A stretch of DNA of 64,000 nt from positions 64,001-128,000 of the forward strand of contig CBDBPB010000008.1 of NCBI GenBank assembly GCA_965208615.1. The letters run 5' to 3'. The number at the start of each line of letters is the position of its first letter. Position 1 is the stretch's first letter. Positions 1 through 9,346 of this stretch are shown here, one piece after another. The DNA is from Spirochaetota bacterium. GTDB lineage: Bacteria > Spirochaetota > UBA6919 > CBDBPB01. Under the pieces are notes generated by a model. The model saw only the letters and a list, made by a program, of their open reading frames with translations. It ran no database searches and was not told the origin of the DNA. A program made the position numbers and the translations under genes.

Positions 1-417
1 AGTGGTTGTCTGCCCTTGTTATTACAGATGCCTGTATTTTTTGCACTGTATAATGTTTTACCGTCTCTATTGGACTTAAAAGCCACTGATTTTTTGTGGA
101 TACATGATCTTTCATCTCCTGATACTGTTATGAGGGTTAACCTTATCCTAACAGATAAGCTAAATATTTTACCGTTGATTATGACTATAACATTTGTTTT
201 ACAGATGAAACTGGTACCACAACCGACTGCTCCAACTGCTAGTGATACTCAGGCACAAACCCAGAAAATGATGCAGTATTTGATGCCTGGTATGTTTTTA
301 TTTATTTTCTGGAATATGCCTTCTGGATTAGTACTATATTGGACAGTACAAAACATCCTGCAAGTTGGACAGCAAGTTATTACTAATCTAATTCTTAAAA
401 GAAAGTCAAAAAAATAA
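1..417 (+). CDS. yidC: Membrane protein insertase YidC, 3' part (5'-truncated by window edge)
   Basis: Frame open from base 1 (SGCLPLLLQMPVFFALY); FLWIHDLSSPD and PSGLVLYWTVQNILQVGQQ motifs; upstream of jag-mnmE. Confidence 0.95.
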   Translation, partial: SGCLPLLLQMPVFFALYNVLPSLLDLKATDFLWIHDLSSPDTVMRVNLILTDKLNILPLIMTITFVLQMKLVPQPTAPTASDTQAQTQKMMQYLMPGMFLFIFWNMPSGLVLYWTVQNILQVGQQVITNLILKRKSKK

Positions 418-427
418 GGAGGGAATT

Positions 428-1060
428 ATGCTAGTTCGTGAATTTGAAGGAAAAACCGAAAAAGAGGCAATTAAAATAGCTTTAGAAACTTTAAATATAG
501 AAGAAGACCAAATTAGAATTGAACCCGTAAAAGAAGGAAAAGTTGGATTCTTTGGCTTTAGAAATAAAAAACCTGTTAAAATTAAGGTATACTATGAAGA
601 AAGTCAAAGTGATACATTTGCACTAAAGTCTAAACAATATATAGAAAAGCTATTTAATATTATGAGCATTAAAGCAATTGTTGAGATTATTGAAGAAAAT
701 GATAATAAAGTATTTTTATCTATATCTAGTGAATCTTCTGGACTCATTATTGGAAAACGTGGACGAACCTTAGAATCTATACAGTTTATGGTTAACGTTA
801 CTATGAATAAGGGAATGGAGGAGTGGAAAAAAGTTATTCTTGATATTGAGGGATATTGGGATAAACGAGAAGAGGCTATTAGAAAGCTGTCTATCAAAAC
901 TGCATCTATGGTTAGGGCAACTAAAAAACCTAAGATCCTTGATACTATGAATCCATTTGAAAGACGTCTGGTTCATCTTACTCTACAAGACTTTGATGAT
1001 ATTGGCACAAAAAGTGAAGGTGAGGGTACTTTTAAAAAAGTAAAAATATTTTTGAAGTAA
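428..1060 (+). CDS. jag: Jag/KhpB (EloR) RNA-binding protein, Jag_N-KH-R3H
   Basis: N-terminal EFEGKTEKEAI..ALETL, KH GLIIGKRGRTLESIQ, R3H MNPFERRLVH; yidC-jag-mnmE synteny. Confidence 0.93.
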   Translation: MLVREFEGKTEKEAIKIALETLNIEEDQIRIEPVKEGKVGFFGFRNKKPVKIKVYYEESQSDTFALKSKQYIEKLFNIMSIKAIVEIIEENDNKVFLSISSESSGLIIGKRGRTLESIQFMVNVTMNKGMEEWKKVILDIEGYWDKREEAIRKLSIKTASMVRATKKPKILDTMNPFERRLVHLTLQDFDDIGTKSEGEGTFKKVKIFLK

Positions 1061-1062
1061 TA

Positions 1063-2454
1063 ATGAATCCTCAATATATTAATGATACTATCACAGCTAT
1101 ATCTAGCCCCCATGGACAGGGGGCTATTTCTATTATAAGGATATCGGGTGATAGTGCTTGTGATATAGCATCTAAAATATTTTATAATCCCAAAGTTAAT
1201 CTTTATAAATCCAATTCCCACGTACTACATTACGGAAAGATCGTTGATCCAATAACTAAAGACCTCATTGATGAAGTATTACTTTGTGTTATGCGTTCTA
1301 ATAGGTCTTTCACAGGTGAAGAGCTTATAGAGATTAATTGTCACGGTGGAGAGGTTATACCATATACCGTATTAAAGCTTTTACTTTCCATGGGAGCAAG
1401 ACTGGCTGAACATGGAGAATTTACAAGAAGAGCTTATCTAAACGGTAAAATTGATCTTACTCAGGCTGAGGCTATTAATGATATTATTACATCTCAAAAT
1501 TTGTTTAGTTCCAAGATGGCTATGTCTAACCTTGAAAAAAGGTTTTCTAATTTAATAAAGGGTTTTAAGGCAGATTTGATAAGAGTTTTAGCCTTATTAG
1601 AAGTTAATATTGATTATCCTGAAGAAGATATTGAGCCTGTTGATCATAAAGAAATTACACTTAGTATATCCAAGATTATTGATTCTATAAATAAGATTAT
1701 TACAGAAAGTAAATCCGGACGTATATTAAAACAGGGAGTTAAGATTACTATTGTTGGTAAAACTAATACAGGAAAGTCCAGTTTATTTAATTATATGGTT
1801 AGAGAAGAAAAGGCAATTGTATCCCATATACACGGTACAACAAGGGATTTCTTAGAAACTCACATTTCTCTTGCTGATATACCTATACACCTTGTTGATA
1901 CTGCTGGATTTAGGCATACAGAAAATGAGATAGAAAAAATTGGTAAAAATCGCTCTAAGAAAATGATGTCCGAAGCAGACTATATACTATGGCTGTTGGA
2001 CAGCGGAAGACAATGGGATCATGATGATGAAAGCATACTAAAAAGTATTAACAAAGATAAAGTTATAATAATTCTTAACAAGGCTGATCTTGATAAAAAG
2101 ATTGATGAAAATACTGTTTTAAATAAGTTTGATCCGAAGGGTATTTTTACTATATCCCTTTTAAAGGAAACTGGACTTGATAATATGGAAAAGGGATTAA
2201 GAAGTATTTTTTTAGGAGAAACTCTTACTTTTAATAACCAGTCTATTATGTGCAATATAAGGCAGGAAAGCTTACTTTTAAAAGCGAGAGCTTCTTTTAA
2301 AAAAGCTTTAACGGCTTTATCAGATGGATTATCCTATGAGTTTATTGCTATTGAACTTAGAGAGGGCTTGGATCATTTATCCGAGATAATTGGTCAGGTG
2401 AATACTGATGATATTCTAAATGAGATATTCCAAAACTTTTGTATAGGTAAATAG
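1063..2454 (+). CDS. mnmE: tRNA modification GTPase MnmE
   Basis: DTITAISSP..GAISIIRISG, G1 GKTNTGKSS, GTTRD, DTAG, NKAD, C-terminal FCIGK. Confidence 0.97.
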   Translation: MNPQYINDTITAISSPHGQGAISIIRISGDSACDIASKIFYNPKVNLYKSNSHVLHYGKIVDPITKDLIDEVLLCVMRSNRSFTGEELIEINCHGGEVIPYTVLKLLLSMGARLAEHGEFTRRAYLNGKIDLTQAEAINDIITSQNLFSSKMAMSNLEKRFSNLIKGFKADLIRVLALLEVNIDYPEEDIEPVDHKEITLSISKIIDSINKIITESKSGRILKQGVKITIVGKTNTGKSSLFNYMVREEKAIVSHIHGTTRDFLETHISLADIPIHLVDTAGFRHTENEIEKIGKNRSKKMMSEADYILWLLDSGRQWDHDDESILKSINKDKVIIILNKADLDKKIDENTVLNKFDPKGIFTISLLKETGLDNMEKGLRSIFLGETLTFNNQSIMCNIRQESLLLKARASFKKALTALSDGLSYEFIAIELREGLDHLSEIIGQVNTDDILNEIFQNFCIGK

Positions 2455-2691
2455 AGCTGATTATCTATATAAGACAATATTAAGCCTTAGTATTACGCAT
2501 TTTAACAGAACTTCACAAGATGGATACACCTATAAAAGTCATACCTTATTTATTATAATTCTTTCTAGAATATTGTTGTGTCTGACTTATCCTTTATGAT
2601 ACCAAAAACAATAATTAATAGTATATAATTCGTTATCAATATAGCAGTTTTTATATGGTTTAGGTGTTTATTTTTAATAGGAGACTGTATA

Positions 2692-3135
2692 ATGAGAGAT
2701 AACTTTGTCTTATTGGTTGAGGATAATTACGATGATGAGTTGCTCACGATAAGAGCATTTAAAAAAAATAATATCAAAAATAAGCTTATAGTAACACGGG
2801 ATGGAGTAGAAGCATTAGATTTTCTATTTAAAAAAGATAAATATGTTAATAGAATTCCCGAAGGTAGTCCTTCAATTATACTGTTAGATATAAAGCTACC
2901 TAAGTTAAATGGTATAGAGGTCTTAAAAGTTATTAGAGAAAATAATTTTACCTCTTTAATTCCTGTTATTATATTGACCTCTTCAAAAGAAGAAGAAGAC
3001 CTTATACAATGCTACAAGAATAGAGCGAATAGCTATATAAGAAAACCAATCGACTTTAATGAATTTATGGAAACCGTTAATAATTTGGGCTTATATTGGC
3101 TAGCTCTAAATGAATTCCCCCTATTAAATGAGTAG
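2692..3135 (+). CDS. Single-domain response regulator (Rcp1-like)
   Basis: LLVEDN, LLDIKLPKLNG, ILTSS, YIRKP, C-terminal LGLYWL. Confidence 0.9.
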   Translation: MRDNFVLLVEDNYDDELLTIRAFKKNNIKNKLIVTRDGVEALDFLFKKDKYVNRIPEGSPSIILLDIKLPKLNGIEVLKVIRENNFTSLIPVIILTSSKEEEDLIQCYKNRANSYIRKPIDFNEFMETVNNLGLYWLALNEFPLLNE

Positions 3136-5470
3136 AAAAGTGAATAAATTAAATAGAGTATTAAATATTTTACTAATAGAAGATTCTGAAGATGATGCAA
3201 TATTATTATTACGTGAACTAAAACGAGGGGGATATGATGTAAATTATAAACTGGTAGAAACTGAAAATGATATGTCATCTGCGATTGACAACGAAGAATG
3301 GGATATTATAATAACTGACTATAATATGCCTGAATTTAGTGCTCCTGGCGTACTAAAAGTAGTGAAAAATAAAAAAAAAGATATTCCAGTTATCATAATA
3401 TCGGGTGCCATAGGGGAAGAGGCTGCTGCAGAAATAATGAGACAAGGAGCAAGAGATTATATCAAAAAAGAAAACTGGGCAAGACTAATACCAGCTATTG
3501 AAAGAGAAGTAAATGAAAAGTTAATGCGTATTAAAATAAGCAAGGCCGAATCAGCACTCCAGACAAGTGAAAAAAGATATCGTAGTGTAGTGGAGACTGC
3601 AAATGATGCTATAATTACCATTAGTGACGGAGGAAAAATTCTATTTGTGAGTCATGCAGTTGGAAAGATATTTGGTTATTCTCCTTATGAATTAATTGAT
3701 GAAAACTTTTCTGTATTAATACCTGACTATTCAAAAATAAATAGTGCTCCTCTAAACCGTTACTCAAAAGATAGTGAATACGTCTTTTGGCATCCTATCG
3801 AATTTAGCGGCGTTAATAAAAAAGGGGATGGTATACCATTAGAACTATCATTTGGAGAGTTTGTAGAAAGTGGACAACAAATCTTTACCATTATTATAAG
3901 AGATATAAAAGAAAGAAAAAAAGCTGAACTATCTATACACAAAGTAAATAGAGCACTTAAAACATTAAGTCAGTGTAATGAAATATTAATTAGAGCAAGC
4001 GAAGAATATAAATTACTCCATGATATATGCCAAGTACTTGTTGATATAGGTGGTTATCGTTTTGCATGGGTAGGATATATAAAAGAAGGTAGGGACAGTA
4101 ATAATATTATTATACCGATTGCCTATAAAGGTTATGATAAAGGATTTCTTAATTCAATAAAAATGCCCTTGTACGAAAAGACTGAAAATCCAACTATTAC
4201 AGCTATTCGCAGCGGAGTACCATGTGGTGAGCAGAATATTAAACTATTACCCGATGAACAATGGAAAACTGAGGCTCTTAAAAGAGACTATCTATCTGTA
4301 ATATCTATGCCCTTGATATCTGAATTTAGGTCTTTAGGTGTTTTAACCCTCTATGCAAATGAAAAAAACTACTTTAATAGTGAAGAAGTTAAATTGTTAA
4401 ATGAGTTAGCAAATGATGTTGCATTTGGTCTTACTGTTCTTAGAAGAAGAACTGCTCATAAACTGGCAGAAGAAGCTTTATTTGAAAGTGAAGAAAAGTT
4501 TAGAAAAATGACTGCTTCTGCTCAAGACGCTATCATTATGACAACTAATAATGGAGTTGTATCCTATTGGAATTATGCGGCTGAAAATACTTTTGGATAT
4601 AGTGCAAAAGAGGCATTTGGAGAAAAAATAGAAAATCTTATTATATCTACTGATATTGATAATAATGAGTTAAGTACTAAAAAATTATTTTATGAAAATG
4701 ATAATAAAAATAGTGTACCAAAAAGACTAGAATTAATTGCAGTTAAAAATGATGGTAATAAAATACCTTTAGAACTATCTCTATCCTCTGTTCTGCTAAA
4801 AGGTGAGTTAAATACCATTGGTATTTTTAGAGACATTAGTGAACGAAAACGAGCAGAAAATGAACGAAGAGAAAATACAAAAAAAATGCTAAAAGCAATG
4901 CAGGAAACTGTTAAAGCTATGGGCATGACTGTTGAGGCAAGAGATCCATATACTGCAGGTCATCAGCGGAGAGTGGCCATATTAGCAAAAATGATAGCAG
5001 AAGAAATGAATATGCCTGCAAAAAAAATTAGAGGAATATATTTTGCAGGACTAATTCATGATATGGGTAAAATACATATACCTGCAGAAATACTAAGTAA
5101 GCCAACTAAGCTAACAGAAATAGAATATGCCCTTATAAAAACTCATCCACAGGTTGGTTATGATATTATTAAATCTATAGACTTTCCATGGCCTATTGCA
5201 CAAATGATTTATCAGCATCACGAAAGACTAGATGGAACAGGGTATCCCCAGGGACTAGATGAAAGTAATATATTAATAGAGTCTCAAGTCATATCTATTG
5301 CAGACGTTGTTGAGTCTATGGCTTCTCATCGTCCTTATAGGCCATCATTAGGGTCAGCATCAGCTTTAGAAGAAATTAATAAAAGTAAAGGAATAAAATA
5401 TAACGAAGAAATCGTTGAGATTTGTACAAATCTAATTACCAAAGAAAATCTTGACCTTACTAAGTTGTAA
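3128..5470 (+). CDS. REC-PAS-GAF-PAS-HD-GYP cyclic dinucleotide phosphodiesterase
   Basis: REC (LLIEDSEDD, TDYNMP), two PAS (ANDAIITI, AQDAIIMT), GAF (GYRFAWVGY), HD-GYP (RDPYTAGHQRRV, HDMGK, HHERLDGTGYP). Confidence 0.92.
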   Translation: MSRKVNKLNRVLNILLIEDSEDDAILLLRELKRGGYDVNYKLVETENDMSSAIDNEEWDIIITDYNMPEFSAPGVLKVVKNKKKDIPVIIISGAIGEEAAAEIMRQGARDYIKKENWARLIPAIEREVNEKLMRIKISKAESALQTSEKRYRSVVETANDAIITISDGGKILFVSHAVGKIFGYSPYELIDENFSVLIPDYSKINSAPLNRYSKDSEYVFWHPIEFSGVNKKGDGIPLELSFGEFVESGQQIFTIIIRDIKERKKAELSIHKVNRALKTLSQCNEILIRASEEYKLLHDICQVLVDIGGYRFAWVGYIKEGRDSNNIIIPIAYKGYDKGFLNSIKMPLYEKTENPTITAIRSGVPCGEQNIKLLPDEQWKTEALKRDYLSVISMPLISEFRSLGVLTLYANEKNYFNSEEVKLLNELANDVAFGLTVLRRRTAHKLAEEALFESEEKFRKMTASAQDAIIMTTNNGVVSYWNYAAENTFGYSAKEAFGEKIENLIISTDIDNNELSTKKLFYENDNKNSVPKRLELIAVKNDGNKIPLELSLSSVLLKGELNTIGIFRDISERKRAENERRENTKKMLKAMQETVKAMGMTVEARDPYTAGHQRRVAILAKMIAEEMNMPAKKIRGIYFAGLIHDMGKIHIPAEILSKPTKLTEIEYALIKTHPQVGYDIIKSIDFPWPIAQMIYQHHERLDGTGYPQGLDESNILIESQVISIADVVESMASHRPYRPSLGSASALEEINKSKGIKYNEEIVEICTNLITKENLDLTKL

Positions 5471-5486
5471 TTAATAAATTATATAC

Positions 5487-7136
5487 TTATTTAGGCTTTT
5501 CTTCTTTAATATTATGGCCAATAAGCTTAAAACATAGATCTAAATAAAGAGTAGTTGGTTTTACTTGTCCGCTGTAATAAAAAATACTATCATCCATTTT
5601 CTGAAAAGGATTAGCAAAAATACTTTTCCATAATATAACTTCATCAGAGTCATATTTAAGGGTTATCCATATTGCCTTTTGTTTTAGGGTAGAAGTTTTG
5701 GCATTGATATCAAACGAAAAAGATAACCATTTATAGCTCTTATAATTGTTTAATTTATTAATACTAATAGTATTACTCTTTATGATAAGTTTTTTTGAAG
5801 GCATACCATGCTCATCATCCTCATACGCCTCTATCCATAGTTTACCAACCGGAGTACGATTATATCTAAAAAGAGGAAGGGCAATCTTTTTTAGTTTAAA
5901 GCTTTTATCAAGTAAGACCCTTTGAAAAAAATATCCACTACTTGCAGTAAGATCGATTTGTTCATGATTATTGTTAAAGTCCATTGTTTTAGGCAGTAAT
6001 TCTATGATCGATTGTTTTTTTTTCGGATTAACGTATTTCGAATGGCTAAACAGCTTTTTTACCATTTTATACCCTGAAGAACTAAACGTAGGAAAAAAAT
6101 AATAACCTATTTCATTGTTTAAACTGTTATTAACGGATAAGTAATTATTTTCTTTTTGTTTATCTATAAAAAGCTGAAAGTTTAAAGGAGTTACCTTATT
6201 CATGTTTATGACGTTTTCTTCCATAGAGTCACTATATAAACTAACATTACGCTTTATAAGATTGGGGGGTATAAAAAAATAAGATGACATTGGATCAAAA
6301 GGAAGCCAATCTTTATATGGAGAATAGATTTCTATCCACTTATAGAGGCTTTTTGGATACCTGATTTCTATCTTCTTTTTACCAAAAGAAATGGGATAAG
6401 ATCTGTCTATAGAGATACCATGAACACAGCGACTTGGTAATCCAGCCATTCTTAGCATAGCAAGAGATAAATTTATTATACCATTACGATTTCCTTGTTT
6501 ATATAAAAATGTTTTTTCTGCATTATTATATAGTATATTAGGATTATAATCTATTTTATGGTTTATCCAGCCTAGGATGTTTAATATTACACTAGTTTGA
6601 TTTTTAGATGTTTTAGTTAGTTCATCGGTAAGAAGTTTTAGCTCCGATAAAATATTTTTAGATAAGGGACTTTCTATTAAATAGTTTGAAACATAATTTA
6701 CTTCGGAAGGCCTTAAAGGATAAGGATAAAACTTCTTTATAGGAAAAGCATCTACACTACTGCTAATGGTAAAGTTTGAGTTAACAACAATCTTTGAAAC
6801 AGAACTATTATATTGTATTTTATATCCACTATTTCCTAGGTTATCCACAAAAGGGGTTAGTTTTTGTGGTTTTGGGAATATTGTAGGCTTATAATCAGTA
6901 ATAATTTGTTTATTTTGTCCATTAGAAAAGGTTTTAAACTTATAAAGAGTAATTTCTATTGTATTGGAGCTATTTAGCTTTTGGGACTCCTTATTTAAAG
7001 ATATAGTATGCACTAAGTATGCTTTAGCTTTTATTATAGAAGTATTACCTTTCATAAAATAAATATCTGTGTATAGGTATAGGGGAAGTGTAACAAGTAT
7101 AAAGACAAAAATTATCTTTTTCATAGAGATAAGCAA
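5487..7136 (-). CDS. Exported transglutaminase-like domain protein, catalytic residues apparently lost
   Basis: Signal peptide MKKIIFVFILV; TGase core LAMLRMAGLPSRCVHG and WIEIYSPYKDWLPFDP, but no catalytic Cys/His at the expected positions. Confidence 0.7.
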   Translation of the reverse strand: MLISMKKIIFVFILVTLPLYLYTDIYFMKGNTSIIKAKAYLVHTISLNKESQKLNSSNTIEITLYKFKTFSNGQNKQIITDYKPTIFPKPQKLTPFVDNLGNSGYKIQYNSSVSKIVVNSNFTISSSVDAFPIKKFYPYPLRPSEVNYVSNYLIESPLSKNILSELKLLTDELTKTSKNQTSVILNILGWINHKIDYNPNILYNNAEKTFLYKQGNRNGIINLSLAMLRMAGLPSRCVHGISIDRSYPISFGKKKIEIRYPKSLYKWIEIYSPYKDWLPFDPMSSYFFIPPNLIKRNVSLYSDSMEENVINMNKVTPLNFQLFIDKQKENNYLSVNNSLNNEIGYYFFPTFSSSGYKMVKKLFSHSKYVNPKKKQSIIELLPKTMDFNNNHEQIDLTASSGYFFQRVLLDKSFKLKKIALPLFRYNRTPVGKLWIEAYEDDEHGMPSKKLIIKSNTISINKLNNYKSYKWLSFSFDINAKTSTLKQKAIWITLKYDSDEVILWKSIFANPFQKMDDSIFYYSGQVKPTTLYLDLCFKLIGHNIKEEKPK

Positions 7137-7511
7137 TTTAGTTTTTTTAATTTAGTTACCTTCTATTTAAAATAGTGAAGATATTTTTTAAATCGTTTAT
7201 CATTAGAAAACAATTTAACACTAATTTTACAAATTTGTATACCTTTTTTTTAATTGTGTTTTTTTATGTAGTATACGTATAAATAATTATTTCTTTATTA
7301 ATAGGCTAATTAGCTTATTAAGGCTGTATAATATATATTAACCTTTTATCTTTAAAAGATATATTACTATTAGATTTTTTTCAATAGTTTTATTTTTCTT
7401 TAACTTTTTTAGTTATATTTATTAGGCTAAAAGCTTTTTAACTTGCTTATTAGTAATAGGATATAATGAATATCAGTAAGCCTTTTATTTAGAGGGAGTT
7501 TTTATTCAGTT

Positions 7512-7555
7512 TATCCATACTATAAGCAGGTAAATACCTGCTTATAGTATGGATA
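7512..7555. repeat. Perfect 21-bp inverted repeat with 2-nt spacer (hairpin/cruciform), 3' of the small secreted gene
   Basis: TATCCATACTATAAGCAGGTA-AA-TACCTGCTTATAGTATGGATA. Confidence 0.9.
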
Positions 7556-7577
7556 TGTACATAATGTTAAAAACTGA

Positions 7578-7859
7578 CTAGTTCTTATCTTTGTTAGAGT
7601 CTTTGTTGTTGTTTCTATCTTGTTGATTATCCCGTTGATAACCCCTACCACGCCTCATATATCCTTGACCATCACATCCACCACCTCGTCCTTGTCTGTA
7701 ATAGCCGCCTCTTCCATGATGAGGACCATAACCTCTTCTTTGAACTTCTGTATAATCTGAATTATTAAATATTGAGTTATATCTATTAGCAAAGCCATCC
7801 GCTAAAGCTATAACACCAATAACCAAAACTACTAATGATATAAATATTAACTTTTTCAT
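7578..7859 (-). CDS. Small secreted Gly/Arg/Tyr-rich low-complexity protein
   Basis: SD AGGAGG, signal peptide MKKLIFISLVVLVIGVIALA, RGG-rich body. Confidence 0.75.
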   Translation of the reverse strand: MKKLIFISLVVLVIGVIALADGFANRYNSIFNNSDYTEVQRRGYGPHHGRGGYYRQGRGGGCDGQGYMRRGRGYQRDNQQDRNNNKDSNKDKN

Positions 7860-8032
7860 AATAACCTCCTATTGTTTATTATAAAAATAAACTCACTGTT
7901 TTAACAGATTATTAATAAATTATTAATAGTGTGTTAATAGAGGTTTTTTTTTAAAAAATTAATATTATTATCAATAAAACTGATAACTAGTAATAATCTA
8001 TAAAAAAAACTTGTAACATTGTCCTATATATA

Positions 8033-9217
8033 TTATTTACTTTGATAGTAGTCCATGAGTATCTTAGCAACCTCGGGACGACTAAACTCCTTAGGAGGTG
8101 CCTGTCCATCACCAAGCATCTTCCTAACCTTAGTACCAGACAATAAAACAAAGTCATCCTTAGTATGATCTGGGACATCACGCATCATAACTACCTTATT
8201 TAACTTTTTTGACCATGCAGTATGATCCGCCTCAAATATCTCAATGGATAATGCTCCTTTTGGTACCTCATCATTAAAAATAGTCTGTGCATCAAATGGA
8301 CCATAATAATCCCCAACACCAGCGTGGTCCCTTCCTATGATAAAGTGAGTACAACCACAATTCTGCCTAAAAAGTGCATGTAAAACAGCTTCTCTTGGTC
8401 CTGCATAAAGCATATCAAAGCCATATCCTGTTATCAGCACCGTATTAGGGGGGAAATATAGCTCTACCATCTTTCTGATACAAGAATCCCTAACATCACC
8501 AGGTATATCCCCTTCTTTTAGCTTTCCTAATAACATATGTATTAAAATACCATCAGCATTAACCGCCTTTTGAGCCATTCTACAAAGCTCCTCATGAGCC
8601 CTGTGCATAGGATTACGTGTTTGAAAGGCTACTACCTTATCCCACTCAAGATGCTTAATCTGATCCCTAATCTGATAGGCAGTTCTAAAAGTATCAGAAT
8701 AGTCCACCTCAAAATAAGAATAGCTTAATACCTTAATAGAACCAGATATACAATACCTGCCAACAGTGTTAAAAGCCTTAGCACCAGGGTGACCCATATC
8801 TGTAGTACCATATACTCTCTCGGTAATGAACTTCATATCATCATCATCAAACTCATCAATGGCTTTAACATCCTGAATAGCTATTACTGGATTGCCCTCT
8901 ACATTGGGATCCCTTAAAGCAATGCGATTCTTTCCCTTTATATCACTAATATCCTTAACTAAATTAACGACTGGAACAGGAAAAAATAATCCATCACTAG
9001 CCCTCATATTATTTGCAGTACCAATGGCATCCACCCTATTCATAAAGCCGGTAAGTGGAGTAAAATATCCAGCACCAAGCATAACAGCATTACCTGCAGC
9101 AGCAGAACTAATAACTATAGACGGTAATGTATTAGCCTCCTGAATTAACTCAGCCCTCTGCTTGTCATCCAAAACATAAAGTGGGTTTAAGTGATCCGCT
9201 CCGTGTGGTTTTATCAT
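8033..9217 (-). CDS. sat: Sulfate adenylyltransferase (ATP sulfurylase), Sat type
   Basis: VAFQTRNPMHRAHE, YAGPREAVLHA, IIGRDHAGVG, LSGTKVR, PKEFSRPEV; SD AGGAG. Confidence 0.96.
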   Translation of the reverse strand: MIKPHGADHLNPLYVLDDKQRAELIQEANTLPSIVISSAAAGNAVMLGAGYFTPLTGFMNRVDAIGTANNMRASDGLFFPVPVVNLVKDISDIKGKNRIALRDPNVEGNPVIAIQDVKAIDEFDDDDMKFITERVYGTTDMGHPGAKAFNTVGRYCISGSIKVLSYSYFEVDYSDTFRTAYQIRDQIKHLEWDKVVAFQTRNPMHRAHEELCRMAQKAVNADGILIHMLLGKLKEGDIPGDVRDSCIRKMVELYFPPNTVLITGYGFDMLYAGPREAVLHALFRQNCGCTHFIIGRDHAGVGDYYGPFDAQTIFNDEVPKGALSIEIFEADHTAWSKKLNKVVMMRDVPDHTKDDFVLLSGTKVRKMLGDGQAPPKEFSRPEVAKILMDYYQSK

Positions 9218-9346
9218 AAATCTCTCCTAAATAATATTTGTCAATAAAATTGAAAAATAACGTAATAAATATCCTATAGCATAAAACATCTTATATAGAT
9301 ACAAAGTTCCACAAGCCAACTTTTATATACGCTATATAGAAATTGT

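Noticed and set aside
2455-2691. oriC near yidC-jag-mnmE
   Set aside because: No DnaA-box cluster; TTATCCACA matches seen (about 6841, 11601, 15560, 47313) are isolated and intragenic
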